A stretch of 64,000 nt of DNA from Octopus sinensis (GCF_006345805.1 NC_043002.1:5580001-5644000), one strand, 5' to 3'. Shown: positions 25,771 through 40,129, counted from the stretch's first letter. Program-made: numbers and translations. The notes: generated by a model from the sequence alone, not told the origin.

Positions 25771-26887
25771 ATGATATATTCATGTATATACTTTTATATA
25801 TCTAATATTTATAATGTTTTGTCCTTGAATTCCTAATTGTTGATAGAATAGGACATTTTTACTCAATGAATTTAAGACGCTAATTCTTAGCAGTGAAAAA
25901 CAGAAGGATGAAGTTACCAACAATGTATTGGCTCGCGATCTAATTAGCTTGCAATGAAATTACAGAGAAATTAATTTTACCAGATACATATATAACATGC
26001 TATTTCTCCTCCTCCTCCTCCACCTCCCCCCTTCTCCACCTCCTCCTCCCCCCCTCTAACTTTCTGCGTGTGAGTTGAGCGTGTTTCTTTTTCTGTAACA
26101 TAAACTAAATCTAAGTAAGTATTCCTTCTTCAGTTTATGGGAATGTCCTTTTTTTTTAATTTTTTTAGAATGTTTTATTTTCTTCATCTCCGCAGAAATA
26201 CTACCTTCAAAGGATTTAGCTGAATAGAATGCCACAATAAGGTATCTGCTACGTATTTTACCGACCTCGGGAGGAAAAATAAGCAATGTCGATTTAAACG
26301 TGTTGAACACCATCGTATAGTATGTTTGTAAACATCCCTAGTTATTTGACATTCTTGTATGTTATTTGCTTCCTTATCTCTCGACATTTCTTATTTTACA
26401 GGAACTTTCCAGGAACTTTCCAGGCACCATTACCACGCTTGTGTAAGAGAGTAATTTACTTTTAGCGAGACTATTTTAATAATGTATCCTAATCCTTATA
26501 ACTAAAGAAATTTCTTACAGCAGTCAGTTACAAACAGAGTTTTGGTCAGTTGGCATCTGAACCACACTACCTCATGTTCCTAAGATTCATATCTACATCT
26601 TTATATGTATATTTACCTTCCCTAAGATGTTATTACTTGATTTTAAAACTTTTATATTATTGGAAAACGTATATAAATTAGCTGAAGAGTACTCAGCATC
26701 TTAAATCTACTGTAATATTTACAACTTTTAATAAAATGTAGTATGAAACAATTGTACTAAATTACCGGAATCATTCTTGTTGCTTATTTTTGTATATATA
26801 TATATATATATATGAATCTAGGTTCAAGTAAACGTGACTAGAAGAAAGAATATACAAATCCCAAAATGATAACTAAGAAAAAACCTA

Positions 26888-27541
26888 CAGTGGGGGGAAA
26901 TAAATATTCGTACATGTCAACATTCTTTATTCAATTTCTAATGAACATAAATGGGATATACCAATACTATATTTACATACACATGCATAAATTAAGAATA
27001 TGCAAAAGAAACTAATAAATTATAGTAACTAAGGAATTTATATTCAATTATAAATATTTAGGGGTGAAAAAAGTATTCGTACAGAACATAAATAACTGAT
27101 AATTCTGATTTAATACTTCGTAGCATAACCATTATTCAGTTCCACTTGAACCAATCTCTTCTTGTAGTTCTTAATCAATGACACGCATGTTTCTTTAGGA
27201 ATTTTTTCCCATTCTTCTTGACAAATTTTCTTCAAATCTACAATGCACGTTGGGGCTCTTGAATGAATTTTAATTTTCAAATAACGCCACAAAATTTCAA
27301 TGGGGTTCAAGTCAGGTGACTGGCTTGGCCATTCTAATAATTTTATATTGTGATCGACAATCCATTTTTTTGGTAGACTTCGCGTGTGCTTAGAGTCGTT
27401 ATCCTGTTGTAAAACCCACCTTCACATTCTTAATTTATGCATGTGTATGCAAATATAGTATTGGTATATCCCATTTATGTTCATTAGGAATTAAATAAAT
27501 AAAGAATTTTGATATGTACGAATATTTATTTCCCCCCACTG
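26888..27541 (-). mobile_element. Internally deleted Tc1 (DD34E) element with TIRs and TA TSD
   Basis: TA|CAGTGGGGGGAAATAAATATTCGTAC ... GTACGAATATTTATTTCCCCCCACTG|TA; WVLQQDNDSKHT...WPSQSPDLNPIE with 34 residues between D and E. Confidence 0.93.
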
Positions 27542-27933
27542 TATGTGCTTTAAACGTCTCTTTTGTTTTTCTATTAGTTACTGACTATTACGATTTCCTA
27601 TTTATGAATATCTGAGTCCATTAGTATGAAACAATTGTATAGCAATATGAAAAATTAAAATCTATAAACCATTTTAACATCCAATTTCCTCCATTACTTA
27701 AATATGAATGAATCTTAATAAGTTAAGTCAAGTACTGATTATTTCTATACAAGCTTTCATACCTATACGAATTTATGTAAGAAAATTCGAAAGTAAAGTA
27801 TGAAAAAAGACATTAGAAATCTTAGGAAAAAATTTTAATTATAGGACGAACATGCATTCATCCGATAAAATAAAATATATATAAAGAATATGTAATATAT
27901 AAGTTTTTATAATGTATAATATATAATATATAC

Positions 27934-28034
<101 letters not shown>

Positions 28035-28544
28035 ATATATATATCGTATATATATATATATATATATAAGTATTTATAATGTATAAATATGTATATATAG
28101 TTTCATGTTATGATACTTGAACAGGCATATTTATGAAATATGGTATGTATCTTAAAGCAATCTTTCACGCTCTGTGCATAAAATATAATTTTTAAAAACA
28201 AAGAAGCTGACCAGTAAGAAAATAAGGAAAACCGTGAAAAAAAAACGCGAAGGTTGGTTCAAAAGATGGAACGAGAAAACGGAAACGAAATCAAAAATTA
28301 CGATTCTCGTGCTCTCTGATTACAGAAAGCTCATTAAATACAGCTGGTTTAGAACACAATAAAAGAAAATATGTCTAAGCCTGCGAGATTCAATCCGGAG
28401 CGGGTGGTGCCCTCCAGTTCGATAAAAGAAATTTGTCCATGTGCCTACATCTGCTAAAAATTTGCTGGATTGGAAAAGAATATATCTTTCTGCTACGCAT
28501 AGGTATCTGGTGTGGAGCTGTTCTTCAAATTCCCCCCACACACA

Positions 28545-28598
<54 letters not shown>

Positions 28599-29009
28599 CA
28601 TACACACACACAGTATGCATTAGTTTTTTAAAAGTCATTTTAAAAAAAAAGAAAGGAGAAAGCTGATTCGAAGACTACAGATCACTTGAACTGTAAAAGT
28701 TTGCAAAACTTCACAGAAGTTTTCATTTAAGTATATATGCGCATGTCTAGACATGCAACTATATGCATGAGAATACATACACAAAAAAAAACATACAAAT
28801 CTGCACATTCAGTGACTTCAAATACCGCACATATACACACACATGCAAAAATAGTGTTAATGTTGAAATTTCAAGGAAAGAGCTTTGGATCTTGGTAAGA
28901 AACCGGGTTTTTTCTTTCTATTAACGAGAAATAATGAAATAAAACTGAATAATGACTCATATATATGTGTGTGAGTATATATGCGTGTGTATGTTGTGTG
29001 TGTGTGTGT

Positions 29010-29049
<40 letters not shown>

Positions 29050-29298
29050 TTTACTGCAATGGTTTAAAAAGCAACACTATGAACTAATAATAGTTCTTAA
29101 ATCTGACCGAAAAAAAACAGGTTGTACGTTAGTGTAAATGGTTAGCACATTTGGCGCGAAAATAAACAGGTGCGGGTTCGCGTCACATGAAGGAAAACCT
29201 ACTTTTTTTCCGTCGAGGATTTACATGCCCCATTATTAAGCTATTTTCTTTAGTCATTGCGCAGTGATTGCTTATAAGCCTTAAAGCTTATAAAATAC

Positions 29299-29332
<34 letters not shown>

Positions 29333-29784
29333 TATAGAATATATATATGTGTGAGTGTGTGTGTGTGTGTATGTACATATGTGTGTGTCTAGGCATGTAT
29401 AAACACATACATACACATGCTTTAATTTACAAACAGTGGGGGAGTATTAAGTACATACTGCCGGGTACATTCAGTTATTCGATGCCAAAAGTGTGCTCTT
29501 TGCCGAATATATATGTGTGTGGAAAGAGGGTGTATGTGTGTGCACTTGCATATATAACACACACACACACACACACACGCATATCAACACACAGCAAGAA
29601 AGCACTATCGTGCCCCCAATTTCATTTTCCCCCACCCCATAAATATAAACAATACGTAACCAGAAACTTCAAGTTCGTTACGAATGTTGTTAAGCTCTAC
29701 CCACTTTGTAGGTCTTTACTAGTTAATGCATCTTCCCAACATAATGAAAAGACAATTCTCATAGATATTTCTCTCTAACTTCAG

Positions 29785-30012
29785 ATCCAGAAAAGGTCTT
29801 CATCTTCCAATAACTATCTAATCTCTAAAGCTGAAGGGAAACCCACAATAGAGTCCTGCTCGTATATCTCGGAGTGTACAACTGACATACGTACAGACAT
29901 CCTAGATCTCACCCAAAGAAAGGCCACTCGACAGAAAGTCATTTACGAACCTAAGTCATTTGCGACCTCTGATCTTAGGAGTAGGCTGGTCATGTACTAT
30001 CTCCACGCTGAC
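29785..30012 (+). other. Candidate 228-nt phase-0/0 exon of unknown gene
   Basis: Acceptor ctctctaacttcag, 76 open codons (IQKRSS...LVMYYLHAD), donor GTGAGT; no recognisable homology. Confidence 0.3.
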
Positions 30013-30344
30013 GTGAGTCATTCGTCTCTTCTTCTTTCTCTTTCTAACTACTAACTCTAATCCATTTTTTTTCAAGAACGTCTTTTCTCTGGAACTTTCT
30101 CCTTGAACGTGGTTTTTTTTTTCTGCTGCTACCGACTTGCGACTATTCCTCAAAAGCTTTAATCCCATGGCACACAGCAGGGTCAGATGCTCTGCAATGG
30201 CCATGAGCACAACTCTCTCTCTTCTAGACAAAGCTAATCTTATGATAATTTTGCTTGTCATTGCGTTACTTAGCCCGTTCGTAATGCTTTCACGTGATTA
30301 GAGAAAAAGAGGGAGAAAGAAAAGAGAGAGAGAGAGAGAAAGAG

Positions 30345-30420
30345 GAAATAAGGTAGATGGACTGAAATAAGGTAGATGGACTGAAATAAGGTAGATGGAC
30401 TGAAATAAGGTAGATGGACT
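30345..30420 (+). repeat. 19-bp minisatellite x4
   Basis: GAAATAAGGTAGATGGACT repeated four times. Confidence 0.95.
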
Positions 30421-30919
30421 GAAATTGTAATTAGTTATTAGTTTATTAACATTACTATATTATTAACAATTACTATATTGTTAACATGGACTCCCCAAAA
30501 TCTTATATGGATCCTCAGGAGCCATATGGACCCCGATTGAGGACCACTGATCTAGATGCTAAAACTGTATAACTTGGTCTCACATAGTGTTCTTAACATT
30601 TTCCTCAATATCTTTAAAATATATTTGCCAATTTCATATCATTTCTATCCTTGACTAGGCAATGCAATACAATCGTTGTTGATGCTACTGCGGCTGTTCT
30701 TGTTGGCAGCTAATTCTATTGTTTCTACAACTGCTTCTACCAATGTTATTGTTGTTATTGATGATGGTAGTGTTGGTGATGACGTGTGAGTGTCGTAGAC
30801 GACGTATGAGTGTTCAGTGCGAAGACAGGAAAAAATCTAACCAAATAGACAATCAACAATGCAATCACATTACTATTACTACTATTCACCACTAGTAGTA
30901 CTAGTAATGGTTGTACTGC

Positions 30920-31306
30920 TGCTGTTGCTGTTGAGCGAAGCGGTCTTCGTTCCAGAGCTCGCAAGATCGCGCCTATGTAGTGGGAGAAGTCCGAAACGTG
31001 GTCCTTTGCTATTCGTAAGACCCGCAGAAGAGAAAGCAGGTCAACCCCCGACACCGAGAGCATCGATTGATGGATGAATGCGCATCCAGGCTCAGCGGTT
31101 GCGTAGGAAGTCGGGGACAGGAAACAGGAAGAAAGAGTGAGAGAAAGTTGGGGCGAAAGAGTACAACAGGGGTCGCCACCACCCCCTGCCGGAGCCTCGT
31201 GGAGCTTTAGGTGTTTTCACTCAATAAACACACACAGTCCGGGAATCGAAACCGCGATCCTCCGACCGCGAGTCCGCTACCCTAACCATTGAGCCATTGC
31301 GCCTCC
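30920..31306 (-). mobile_element. tRNA-headed SINE (family 1, CAA tail)
   Basis: Homologous to 22263-22650. Confidence 0.85.
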
Positions 31307-31969
31307 ACTTACTGCTGCTGTTTAGCCCGAGGTCGACCCTGATACTGCAATCCTAGAGATATGTTTTTACAAAATTTTGAAGACAGATGTAGCTTGAGAT
31401 AAAGAGATTTAGTTTGTATGTCTAGCAGTTTGGACGATCACGGAGAGGATTCTCTACGATACTTCTCTTAGCAGTGATGTTATCATACAAAAACATTACT
31501 TGTCATTTAGTGCCCTGCTGAATGATCTTATCATGCCCACCCCCATGGATATGCGATGCTAACTTCAGGAATCACTGTAGAGAGAACATCCACTTGGAGA
31601 AAGGAAGATAAATAAATTAAAACCATATGTACTTGCACATGCGCTCCAGCAACACGAGGTTTAAATCTTATAAACATTGAATGAAATGCTGAAACAAGGA
31701 AACGAAGTTGGCTGTATTCAGTGTCTGCTTTAAATAAGTCTAGACATAACATTTTATGGGGGGGAAAAAAAAGAAAAGATATTAGCTCAGTAATGTTTTG
31801 TTATACATACATAAGCAAAATTTCTTACATATTAGCTATTGTGTTTCTACAAGACGTATCATTATACCCACTGTACAAATATATTAAAATCCTAACACAC
31901 ACACACACACTAGCACACACATACACATACCACGCAAGTACACACATGCACACACACACACATGTATAC

Positions 31970-32150
31970 ATGGTTTTATATATACGAAAAAAACAAAAGA
32001 CGAAGACAGGTGGTGTACAAAACAAACAGATGTATTAGTATAACTCTCCGGAATAGAAAAAGTCTTTTACATTTCGAACCTACGCTCTTCTACAGAAAGG
32101 GATACAGAAAAAACAAGGAAGAAACAAGGAGAGAGATAAAGGAGAGAAAA
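31970..32150 (-). mobile_element. Short hammerhead-like element, family A
   Basis: Minus strand CTTT CTGTAGA A GAGC GTAG GTTC GAAAT GTA AAAG (32063-32100); close match to 5945-6101. Confidence 0.65.
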
Positions 32151-32341
32151 ATATATATGTACGTATGTATGTATGTATATATGTATGTATGAATGTATGC
32201 ATATAAAATTTCTCCACAGAACATTCAGCATGTAAGCAGCGCAAGTTATTTGTAAACAGAAAAAGATGAAAGTAACTTCGAAATTTCACTTATTGTTGCG
32301 AAATTTTAAATGCTCAGTCATCCTCTCCTTTGTAATCTGTG

Positions 32342-32372
<31 letters not shown>

Positions 32373-32727
32373 TGTGTGTGTGTCTGTGTGTGTGTGTTCT
32401 AAAACATACAAACACGATTTTTTCTATATCATTTTACCGTAATCTTTTGACTACAAAAAAGAAAAAGATAGTACCTTCGTCACCACTCCATTCAGAAGAT
32501 GAGACCGAAGAAGTCCCGCAGTATTAATGGGTATAGGAATGCTATCGTTCCAAACTAAAGAAAGAGATCTAATAAGAAAATAAGAAAAATCATTGATAAA
32601 AAATTACTAAAGATCATGAGTCTTCCAATTTAACTATATTTTAGGAAGCTGTATGATCGTCCTCTCTCTCCCTCCCTCACTATCATACACACACGCACAC
32701 ACACACATTCACACATACCTATGTATG

Positions 32728-32765
<38 letters not shown>

Positions 32766-33199
32766 CAAGCATACATACATACATATATATACATATATAT
32801 GTTTGTATGTATGTATGTATGTATCGAGGAGAGCGTAACAGTAGGTGGTCCTCAGAGGAGAAACCCGCTTTAGGCAAGTGTTTCAGCCCTTTACTCCTGA
32901 CACTGTAGTGGGGTCGGGCCACATCTGAGCCATGACTTCTAGATGTCCACCTACTGTCCGTTTTAGTACGCCCTAGGTGGGATTGGTTTCTCTGGTTTCT
33001 CTGGCTGCTGTGATGCGTGCTGCGGACCTGAGAAGGGCTAAGTACCCGTTTCCAGCTAGGTACACTTGTGAGCGTTCATTTTTCTCACGTTCCCAGCGAG
33101 ATTCGAACCCGGATCGCCGATTGGCCTAACGACTACGCCAATCTGGCACTCGCTTGAATTGGGGCAAATTAAGCCTTTTGAAGTTGGCCTTTTTTCCTC

Positions 33200-33376
33200 C
33201 TAGACCGCTTCTCCCATGGCCCTGAAGGTTCTAGTCCTGCTTCTTCCAGAGATGGACAGCTGTTTCATGAGGCTGTAGGCAGATAAGCCTACAAATCCCC
33301 TGACGCCAACCTCGACTGCGTAGGCTTTGGTTTTGAATCCAGCGTCCCTCAGGTCTCTGGACAAGTCGGCGTACTT
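33200..33376 (-). mobile_element. REL-endonuclease C-terminus of an R2/NeSL/HERO-type LINE
   Basis: KYADLSRDLRDAGFKTKAYAVEVGVRGFVG matches the KY...EVG.RG REL tail motif. Confidence 0.55.
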
Positions 33377-34034
33377 TTATATATGACGGGCTACTTTCAG
33401 TTTCGCCTACCAAATCCACTATAGCCCGAGGCTATAGAAGACACTTGCCCAAGGTTCCACGCAATGGGACTGAACCTGGAACCATGTGGCTGGAAAGTAA
33501 GTTTCTTACCAGACACCCACGCCAGGGCCTATGTATATGTATCATTGCTGCATTCTTGTTTTTGATTTTGGTGGGGTTACTTTTAATAATCCGCAAAGAA
33601 TTAAGGAAATGATGCTGTACTTGACAAATTGCTTTCTACAACAGGCACAAGGCCTGAAATTTTGCGGAGGGAGCTAGTCAATTACATTGATCTCAGTGCT
33701 TGACTGATACTTATTCTATCGACCCTGAAAGAGATGAAAGTCAAAATCGACCTTAGCGGGATTTGAACTTCAAACATAAGGACGAACGAAATGCCGCTAA
33801 GCATTTTGCCGCGCTTGCTAATGATTTTTCTAGCTTGCTGCCTTTTATTGTCCTAGAATTCACAATCATTGACACTTCCAAATAAGCACTGCAAAAGATG
33901 CATTGCATCCGGTGTTATTACATCGCTCCACGCCCACTAGGGGGCAGTGCAGAATGAAGCCGAAACGGTTGTTATGCTAATTAATGCTTCTAGTTACACT
34001 TCGTCTCCAGTATTAATCTTTTAAAAATATATGT

Positions 34035-34445
34035 GTAGGCACAGGAGTGGCTATGTGGTAAGTAGCTTGCTTACCAACCACATGGTTCCGGGTTCAGTCC
34101 CACTGCGTGGCACCTTGGGCACGTGTCTTCTGCTATAGCCTCGGGCCGACCAAAGCCTTGTGAGTGGATTTGGTAGATAGAAACTGAAAGAAGCCTGTCG
34201 TATATATGTATATTTATGTATGTGTGTGTGTGTGTTTGTGTGTCTGTGTTTGTTCCCCAACATCGCTTGACAACCGATGCTGGTGTGTTTACGTCCCTGT
34301 AACTTAGCGATTCGGCAAAAGAGACCGATAGAATAAGTACTAGGCTTACAAAGAATAAGTCCTGGGGTCGATTTGCTCGACTAAAGGCGGTGCTCCAGCA
34401 TGGCCACAGTCAAATGACTCAAACAAGTAAAAGAGTAAAAGAAAA
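34035..34445 (+). mobile_element. CORE-like tRNA SINE (family 2), full length
   Basis: tRNA-like head, ACCTTGGGCA(A/C)GTG CORE-like motif, internal microsatellite, GGCGGTGCTCCAGCATGGCC tail. Confidence 0.88.
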
Positions 34446-34459
34446 ATGTATATATGAAG

Positions 34460-34492
<33 letters not shown>

Positions 34493-35159
34493 ACTGATTG
34501 CTGAAACACGATTTTTGAGTGATGCAGTCGCTTGATTGGTCACTTAAAAATGAGCAGCGCAGATGTAGTTCTTCGGTCTTGCTATGGACTTACACGCTTC
34601 CGCACAGATGTGACAATGATGCGGGACTCACCTGTAGCAGGTGTACAGAGAGCTTATCACCCACGCGGTCACATGCCTTCATTTCAGTCATAGTATGCAA
34701 CACGTTAGAGAGATGTTAAAAATTAAGCGATACCTTTGCCTGAAGCTTTTTAAAGTCAGAACAGATCTTACAAAAAGCCAACCCCGCTCTCGAAACCACG
34801 TATGCACTTATCCACACCCAGAAAAGAAAAAACAACGAGCCTACCTCACTGAATTCAAATGATATCGTAGGTGTTACATCAAATCTTTTCCTTCTCTTAC
34901 AAAGATACACAAGCATAGAATGGATCTCAGCTGTTGGATGTCCATTGACTTTCTGAGTTCATCCACCCTTTCACAAGTCTTCTTTCGTGAAGCGAATTGT
35001 CCAACGAAATCCAGTCTCCTTCACAAGCAAGCATGGTAGAGTTGTTGGTTTACTCGCCGACGACCCGACTATGCGACCAGCAACACTAAGAGTGATCGAA
35101 CACGTGAAAGGGCAGGTCATACGTACATACATACATGCATGCATATATATATATACATA

Positions 35160-35227
<68 letters not shown>

Positions 35228-36124
35228 CGCACATACATACATACATACATACATACATACAAGTATGCATACATACATACATACATACATACATACATGC
35301 ATACACACACACACATATATATATATATATACACGTATATATATGTGTGTGTGTGTATGTTTATGTGTGTGTGTGTGTGTGTATCATAATACATATACAT
35401 CGCGAAAGGCAAAATTACAGCGCTATTACATCCCTTATGGACGCACTATGTTAAAAAACGCAAAAATGTATCAGCAGTGGATGGAATTCATCTGCGGCAG
35501 TGGCGAGAATGCTATTATGTGAACATTACTGCCCCGTTGGGCCTCGTATGTACCCACCGCCAGCTCCATGCTATAATAAAATCCGTCGCCACTGATACAA
35601 GAAAACAATCGACGATTCTGTCTTGGCATGCTGCTGACAGTGAGTACACCTACTGACGAAGGTCAAGGAGGCAGAAATGTACATCTAGTATTCTCAATGG
35701 TGTTGCAGGTCGATTTTTAGACACAGTGCTTCCATAAGCAATATTATCCCCAGGCGAATATTGCAGTTAATTACTTCCTCCGTCTCTCTCTTTCCTTCCT
35801 TCACTTCACTTTCTCTCAATAACGACGTTTGACAGCATCGCCGTCTCTCTGTCACTCTTTCTCTCACCACCTCTCTCACTGTACGTCTGTCTGTATCTAT
35901 AGAGAGAAAGCGTTGACAGCCGCAAAAGTTTAAATATTCCCGCCACAGGTCTTTTAGAACGGTGAATTATTATCGCCCACCACCACCGCACAACCATAAC
36001 ATATTATTAATCAGATATATTGTGTTAATTTATATATATATAGACGTGTGTATATAACTATATATATAATGTGTATACATATATATATATATATGTGTGT
36101 ATATATATAGAATCATCATCAATA

Positions 36125-36937
36125 TCTATAAAGCTGAAATGCGAAAAAGTTATTTGATTTCTTGGTTATTTGTCTCATTTTGAAGTTTGAAGGGATAGAA
36201 TCTGAGGATAGTAGACTCACCATGGCTGGCATTCAAAACTTCTTAACGATGGACAGCAACGTAGTGGCAGTTTAACGGCTGGCGTAAAATTTTGAACTTG
36301 ATGTAAAAGAAAATTGCTAAACACCAAGTTTTGAGGTAGATGGGGTCGGATTAGCGCCAAAATTTACACTGGGGGTAAAATGGGGTGTGCAATGGTGTGA
36401 GAAGGGTTGCAAGTTGCTCGGGGCTACCGTTTGGTTGTAATGGAGAGGAATATGGGAAAAATTGAGTTTTATGGGATAGATAAGTTGCGCTGTTTGAATA
36501 ATGGTGGCTTTTCGTGTTGCTGCAGGGGATAGAGGCGGTTATCTTTAATCTAATCTATAAAATGAAGAAGGCGAGCGTAGATACAAATTGGATTTTTATA
36601 TAAAAAGGGGTCTAAATGGGGCTGGAACGGGATTAACATGAGGGAGTAACATGAGGTGAGAAATTGATTGGAAGACGTTTTGGGGCGCTAAAGTGGTTGC
36701 TTTGCTGTGAAAATGGGGATTTTACTGATTTTGGGGAACACTTGGGGGTCTGGATTGAACACCTTTTGCCCGATTTCAACCAAATTTTCAACATGGTAAA
36801 GTGGAAGAGGATTTGTAATTTAAGCGCGGAAAATGGGTTGGAAATTTTGAAAATTAAGGCAAGATTTAAGAAACAGAAAGGAAACAAAAGAACAACCACA
36901 CCCTCATCCGCCCGTAGAGCGGGTCACCTTAAGCTAG
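36125..36937 (+). mobile_element. Helitron-like non-autonomous element
   Basis: A|TCTATAAAG start; CCGC-CCGTAGA-GCGG hairpin about 11 nt before CTAG|T (36934-36938). Confidence 0.55.
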
Positions 36938-37259
36938 TGTATATATATATATATATATATATCCATACATGTACATAAAAATATGTACAAACATATATGC
37001 ATATTTATAGATATGTATGTACGTTTGGTTGCGTTGGTGTATGCGTGTGTGTATATATGTGCGTATGCGCGCGGGTATTCCTGAACTCGGGAACAAGTTT
37101 CGATTCTAAATTGAAGCCATTTATCTTCGTTCCTCTGGGAAAAGCAGGATTAGGCCAAATTTTCTCATTTGGCCTCCATACCTAAACAAACACAAGCCAC
37201 TAAGGAAACTTCAGACCGTGACGGAACGTAAATGAAAAACTCCTGGCGTTTTACTCTCT

Positions 37260-37930
37260 ATCGCTCGTTATTATTTCCTTCTTGGCGAAGGCGGGTGTAT
37301 TGTTTTCAGTCGTGTTCGTTCGTTCGTTCGTTCGTTCGTTCGTTCGTTTTTACTCTCTTTTACTCTTTTACTTGTTTCAGTCATTTGACTGCGGCCATGC
37401 TGGAGCACCGCCTTTAGTCGAGCAAATCGACCCCGGGACTTATTCTTTGTAAGCCCAGTACTTATTCTATCGGTCTCTTTTGCCGAACCGCTAAGTGACG
37501 GGGACGTAAACACACCAGCATCGGTTGTCAAGCAATGCTAGGGGGACAAACACACACACACACACGTACACATATATATATACATATATACGACAGGCTT
37601 CTTTCAGTTTCCGTCTACCAAATCCACTCACAAGGCATTTGTCGGCCCGGGGCTATAGCAGAAGACACTTGCCCAAGATGCCACGCAGTGGGACTGAACC
37701 CGGAACCATGTGGTTGGTTAGCAAGCTACTTACCATACAGCCACTCCTTTGTTTGTCCTTGGACAAGATATCTCAAAGACCGCTGGATGGATTCGGATGA
37801 AACTTTCAAGAATGTTTGGTATTGTGAGTGACACGGTCTCATTAGATTTTGGGATCGATCCTGTGCCGGACAAGGATTCTGGATTATTTTTCCGATTTTT
37901 TTTTTTTAACTTTACATGTATATGTAAAGT
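37260..37930 (+). mobile_element. DINE-1/HINE-like element interrupted by a SINE
   Basis: CCTTC-TTGGC-GAAGG hairpin, (CGTT)n, then after the SINE GATATCTCAAAGACCGCTGGATGGATT...GAAACTTT. Confidence 0.4.
37347..37747 (-). mobile_element. CORE-like SINE (family 2)
   Basis: Reverse-complement match to 34035-34445. Confidence 0.88.
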
Positions 37931-38017
37931 TTCACATAGGTCCCTTGTACATGCACACACATTACACACACGTACTCACACATTTTCAGCGTTAAACATT
38001 ACCATCCCATTTCCATT

Positions 38018-38052
<35 letters not shown>

Positions 38053-39622
38053 TACACACACGCACGCAAACATGCATTTCTTTTACGCATACATATGCTC
38101 ACACTTCAAACCCCGTTTATCGGCTTTTTCACCCCTTCCTTCCTTATTCATCGATCATCCCTTCCTTCCTCAGTCATACTACGCTCCCCTTGCCACTTCG
38201 TTTCGCCTTTTTCATTGTCATTGCTTTCTCTCACTCCCCCTCAGTAGTGGCTATTACACTCACTACTTCTCCTTCACTGTATTATTATTTCATTTCCTCT
38301 CCCTTCACCTCTCATTCATGTATATATAGCAAGTTGGACGTTTTATTACGGATCTTATCTATGCTTAGTGTATCATCATCATCATCGTCATCATCTTAAT
38401 CATCATTGCCGTCGTTATCGTCGTCACCATTATTATTATTATTATTATTATTATGTTCTGTTGTATCGCAAAATTTATAGTTCATCTGCTTTAATTAAAC
38501 TTACTATATATAGCGTATTTCCTTTTGCACAGTGCATCCAATGCCACATTTTCAGATATATCCATTTTAAAGGTAATAAAGTGAGATTTAAGGAAGATTT
38601 CTTGTTATTTCTAGCAGATTGACACGCCGTGTAGAGGATTCCTTCTTTGAACGGAAGGCATGGTAAAAAATAATGGCTGTAGTTGATGATAGTAATTGAG
38701 CAACTTGTTATAAGCATTTAACCATAGCTCTACAGGAGCAAGACTGGTCTGAAACTAAATATCTTTTAGGACAAGAAGTGAGTTTTACGTTTCCGATTTT
38801 CGAACGGAAAATAAAGGATGTGAGACATTGGGAGAATAGTAAGAGCAATGAAAACGAATATCGAATTCTGCCTGGATGACTCTTGCCCACAATTTTGGAC
38901 ACATGGGATCATGTTGAATGATTCGTACACCCACTTAGGGCGAGTGTAAGTATGTCAAATCAATCTTTTGAAAAATAATTTAGAACATTGACGGAGATGG
39001 AAGAGAAAGAAGAGTGAGTGAGACGTAAGGATAAAGGAAGTAAAAGAAAAGGCGGGAAAAGGAAGAGGAGAAGGAAGAAGAATGACGAGGTGGTGGAGGA
39101 GGTAGAAGAGGATAAAAATGGAAGGAAAAGCGGAAAAAAGAAGAAAAAGAAGAAGAAGAAAAAGAAAAAAAGAAGGGTGAGGAGCAGGAGGAACAGGTGG
39201 AGCAAAAGCAGGAGCAGGGGGTAGGGGCAGGGGCGATGTGATAGAAAAATATTTGATAAAAATAAATAAATAGTGAAGATGAATTAATAAATATAAATAA
39301 AGTGGCAGATAGAAAAAAAAAACTTCAGAAAGGACACATCATTTGGCTGGGAAAGGATTTAGAAATACAGTCGATACACAGACACACACACATACATATA
39401 TGTTTTTATATATATAATCAAAATAAGCAACAAGAAGAACTCCGGTAATTGGGTACGATCGTTTCGCACTACATTATATGGATAACACCATACAGAATTC
39501 TGGTGCATCTAACTTAAGTACCATATTCATTTGAATCTAAATCTTGCTGAACTTATATATATATATATATATTGTATGTACGTACAATATATTCATATAA
39601 ATATGTGTCGAGTATCAATAAA

Positions 39623-39932
39623 TATTGTTGTTTGTTCCTTCTGCAGCCACGCCTGACTCATAGGGCCGGTTTTCCCGGTTTCCTTGGCGTATAGGTTCCT
39701 CACCTGGACGGGACGCTGGTCTGTCACAGGTGGGCTGCAAGATGCAGGAGGAAAGAGTGAGAGAAATTTGTGGCGAAAGAGTCAGCAGAAGTTCGCCATA
39801 ACCTTCTGCTAGAGCCGTGTGGAGCTTAGGTGTTTCGCTCATAAACACACACATCGCCCGGTCTGAGATTCGAACCCACGATCCCTCGACGACCGCGAGT
39901 CCGCTGCTCTAACCACTAGGCCATGTGCCTCC
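39623..39932 (-). mobile_element. tRNA-headed SINE (family 1 head, third tail type)
   Basis: Family 1 head and body joined to CGTCCCGTCCAGG...GAAACCGGGAAAACCGGCCC tail. Confidence 0.8.
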
Positions 39933-39967
39933 GTCAATAACTATAGTAGCCGCTCAATTCTAGAGTA

Positions 39968-40039
<72 letters not shown>

Positions 40040-40129
40040 TCTCCATCATACGGTTAAATCTTTGACGTTTCATCAGGTCAAATGTAGGAAGACTGGAAAG
40101 ATGCTCGTGTCTTTCTAAGAACATTCTGC

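Noticed and set aside
26196-26445. Two strong-looking splice acceptors with nearby donors
   Set aside because: First piece has stops in all frames; UTR exons cannot be supported without transcripts.
28330-28540. Possible Tc1/mariner catalytic remnant
   Set aside because: Needs several assumed frameshifts; too degenerate.
30345-30420. Short direct repeats as a CRISPR array
   Set aside because: Contiguous repeats with no spacers, in eukaryotic DNA.
38617-38945. Small exon-like pieces (LTRRVEDSFFERKA; EQDWSETKYLLGQE)
   Set aside because: Splice phases are incompatible and the pieces are short enough to be chance.
39000-39240. Lys/Arg/Glu-rich ORF
   Set aside because: Low-complexity purine repeat.
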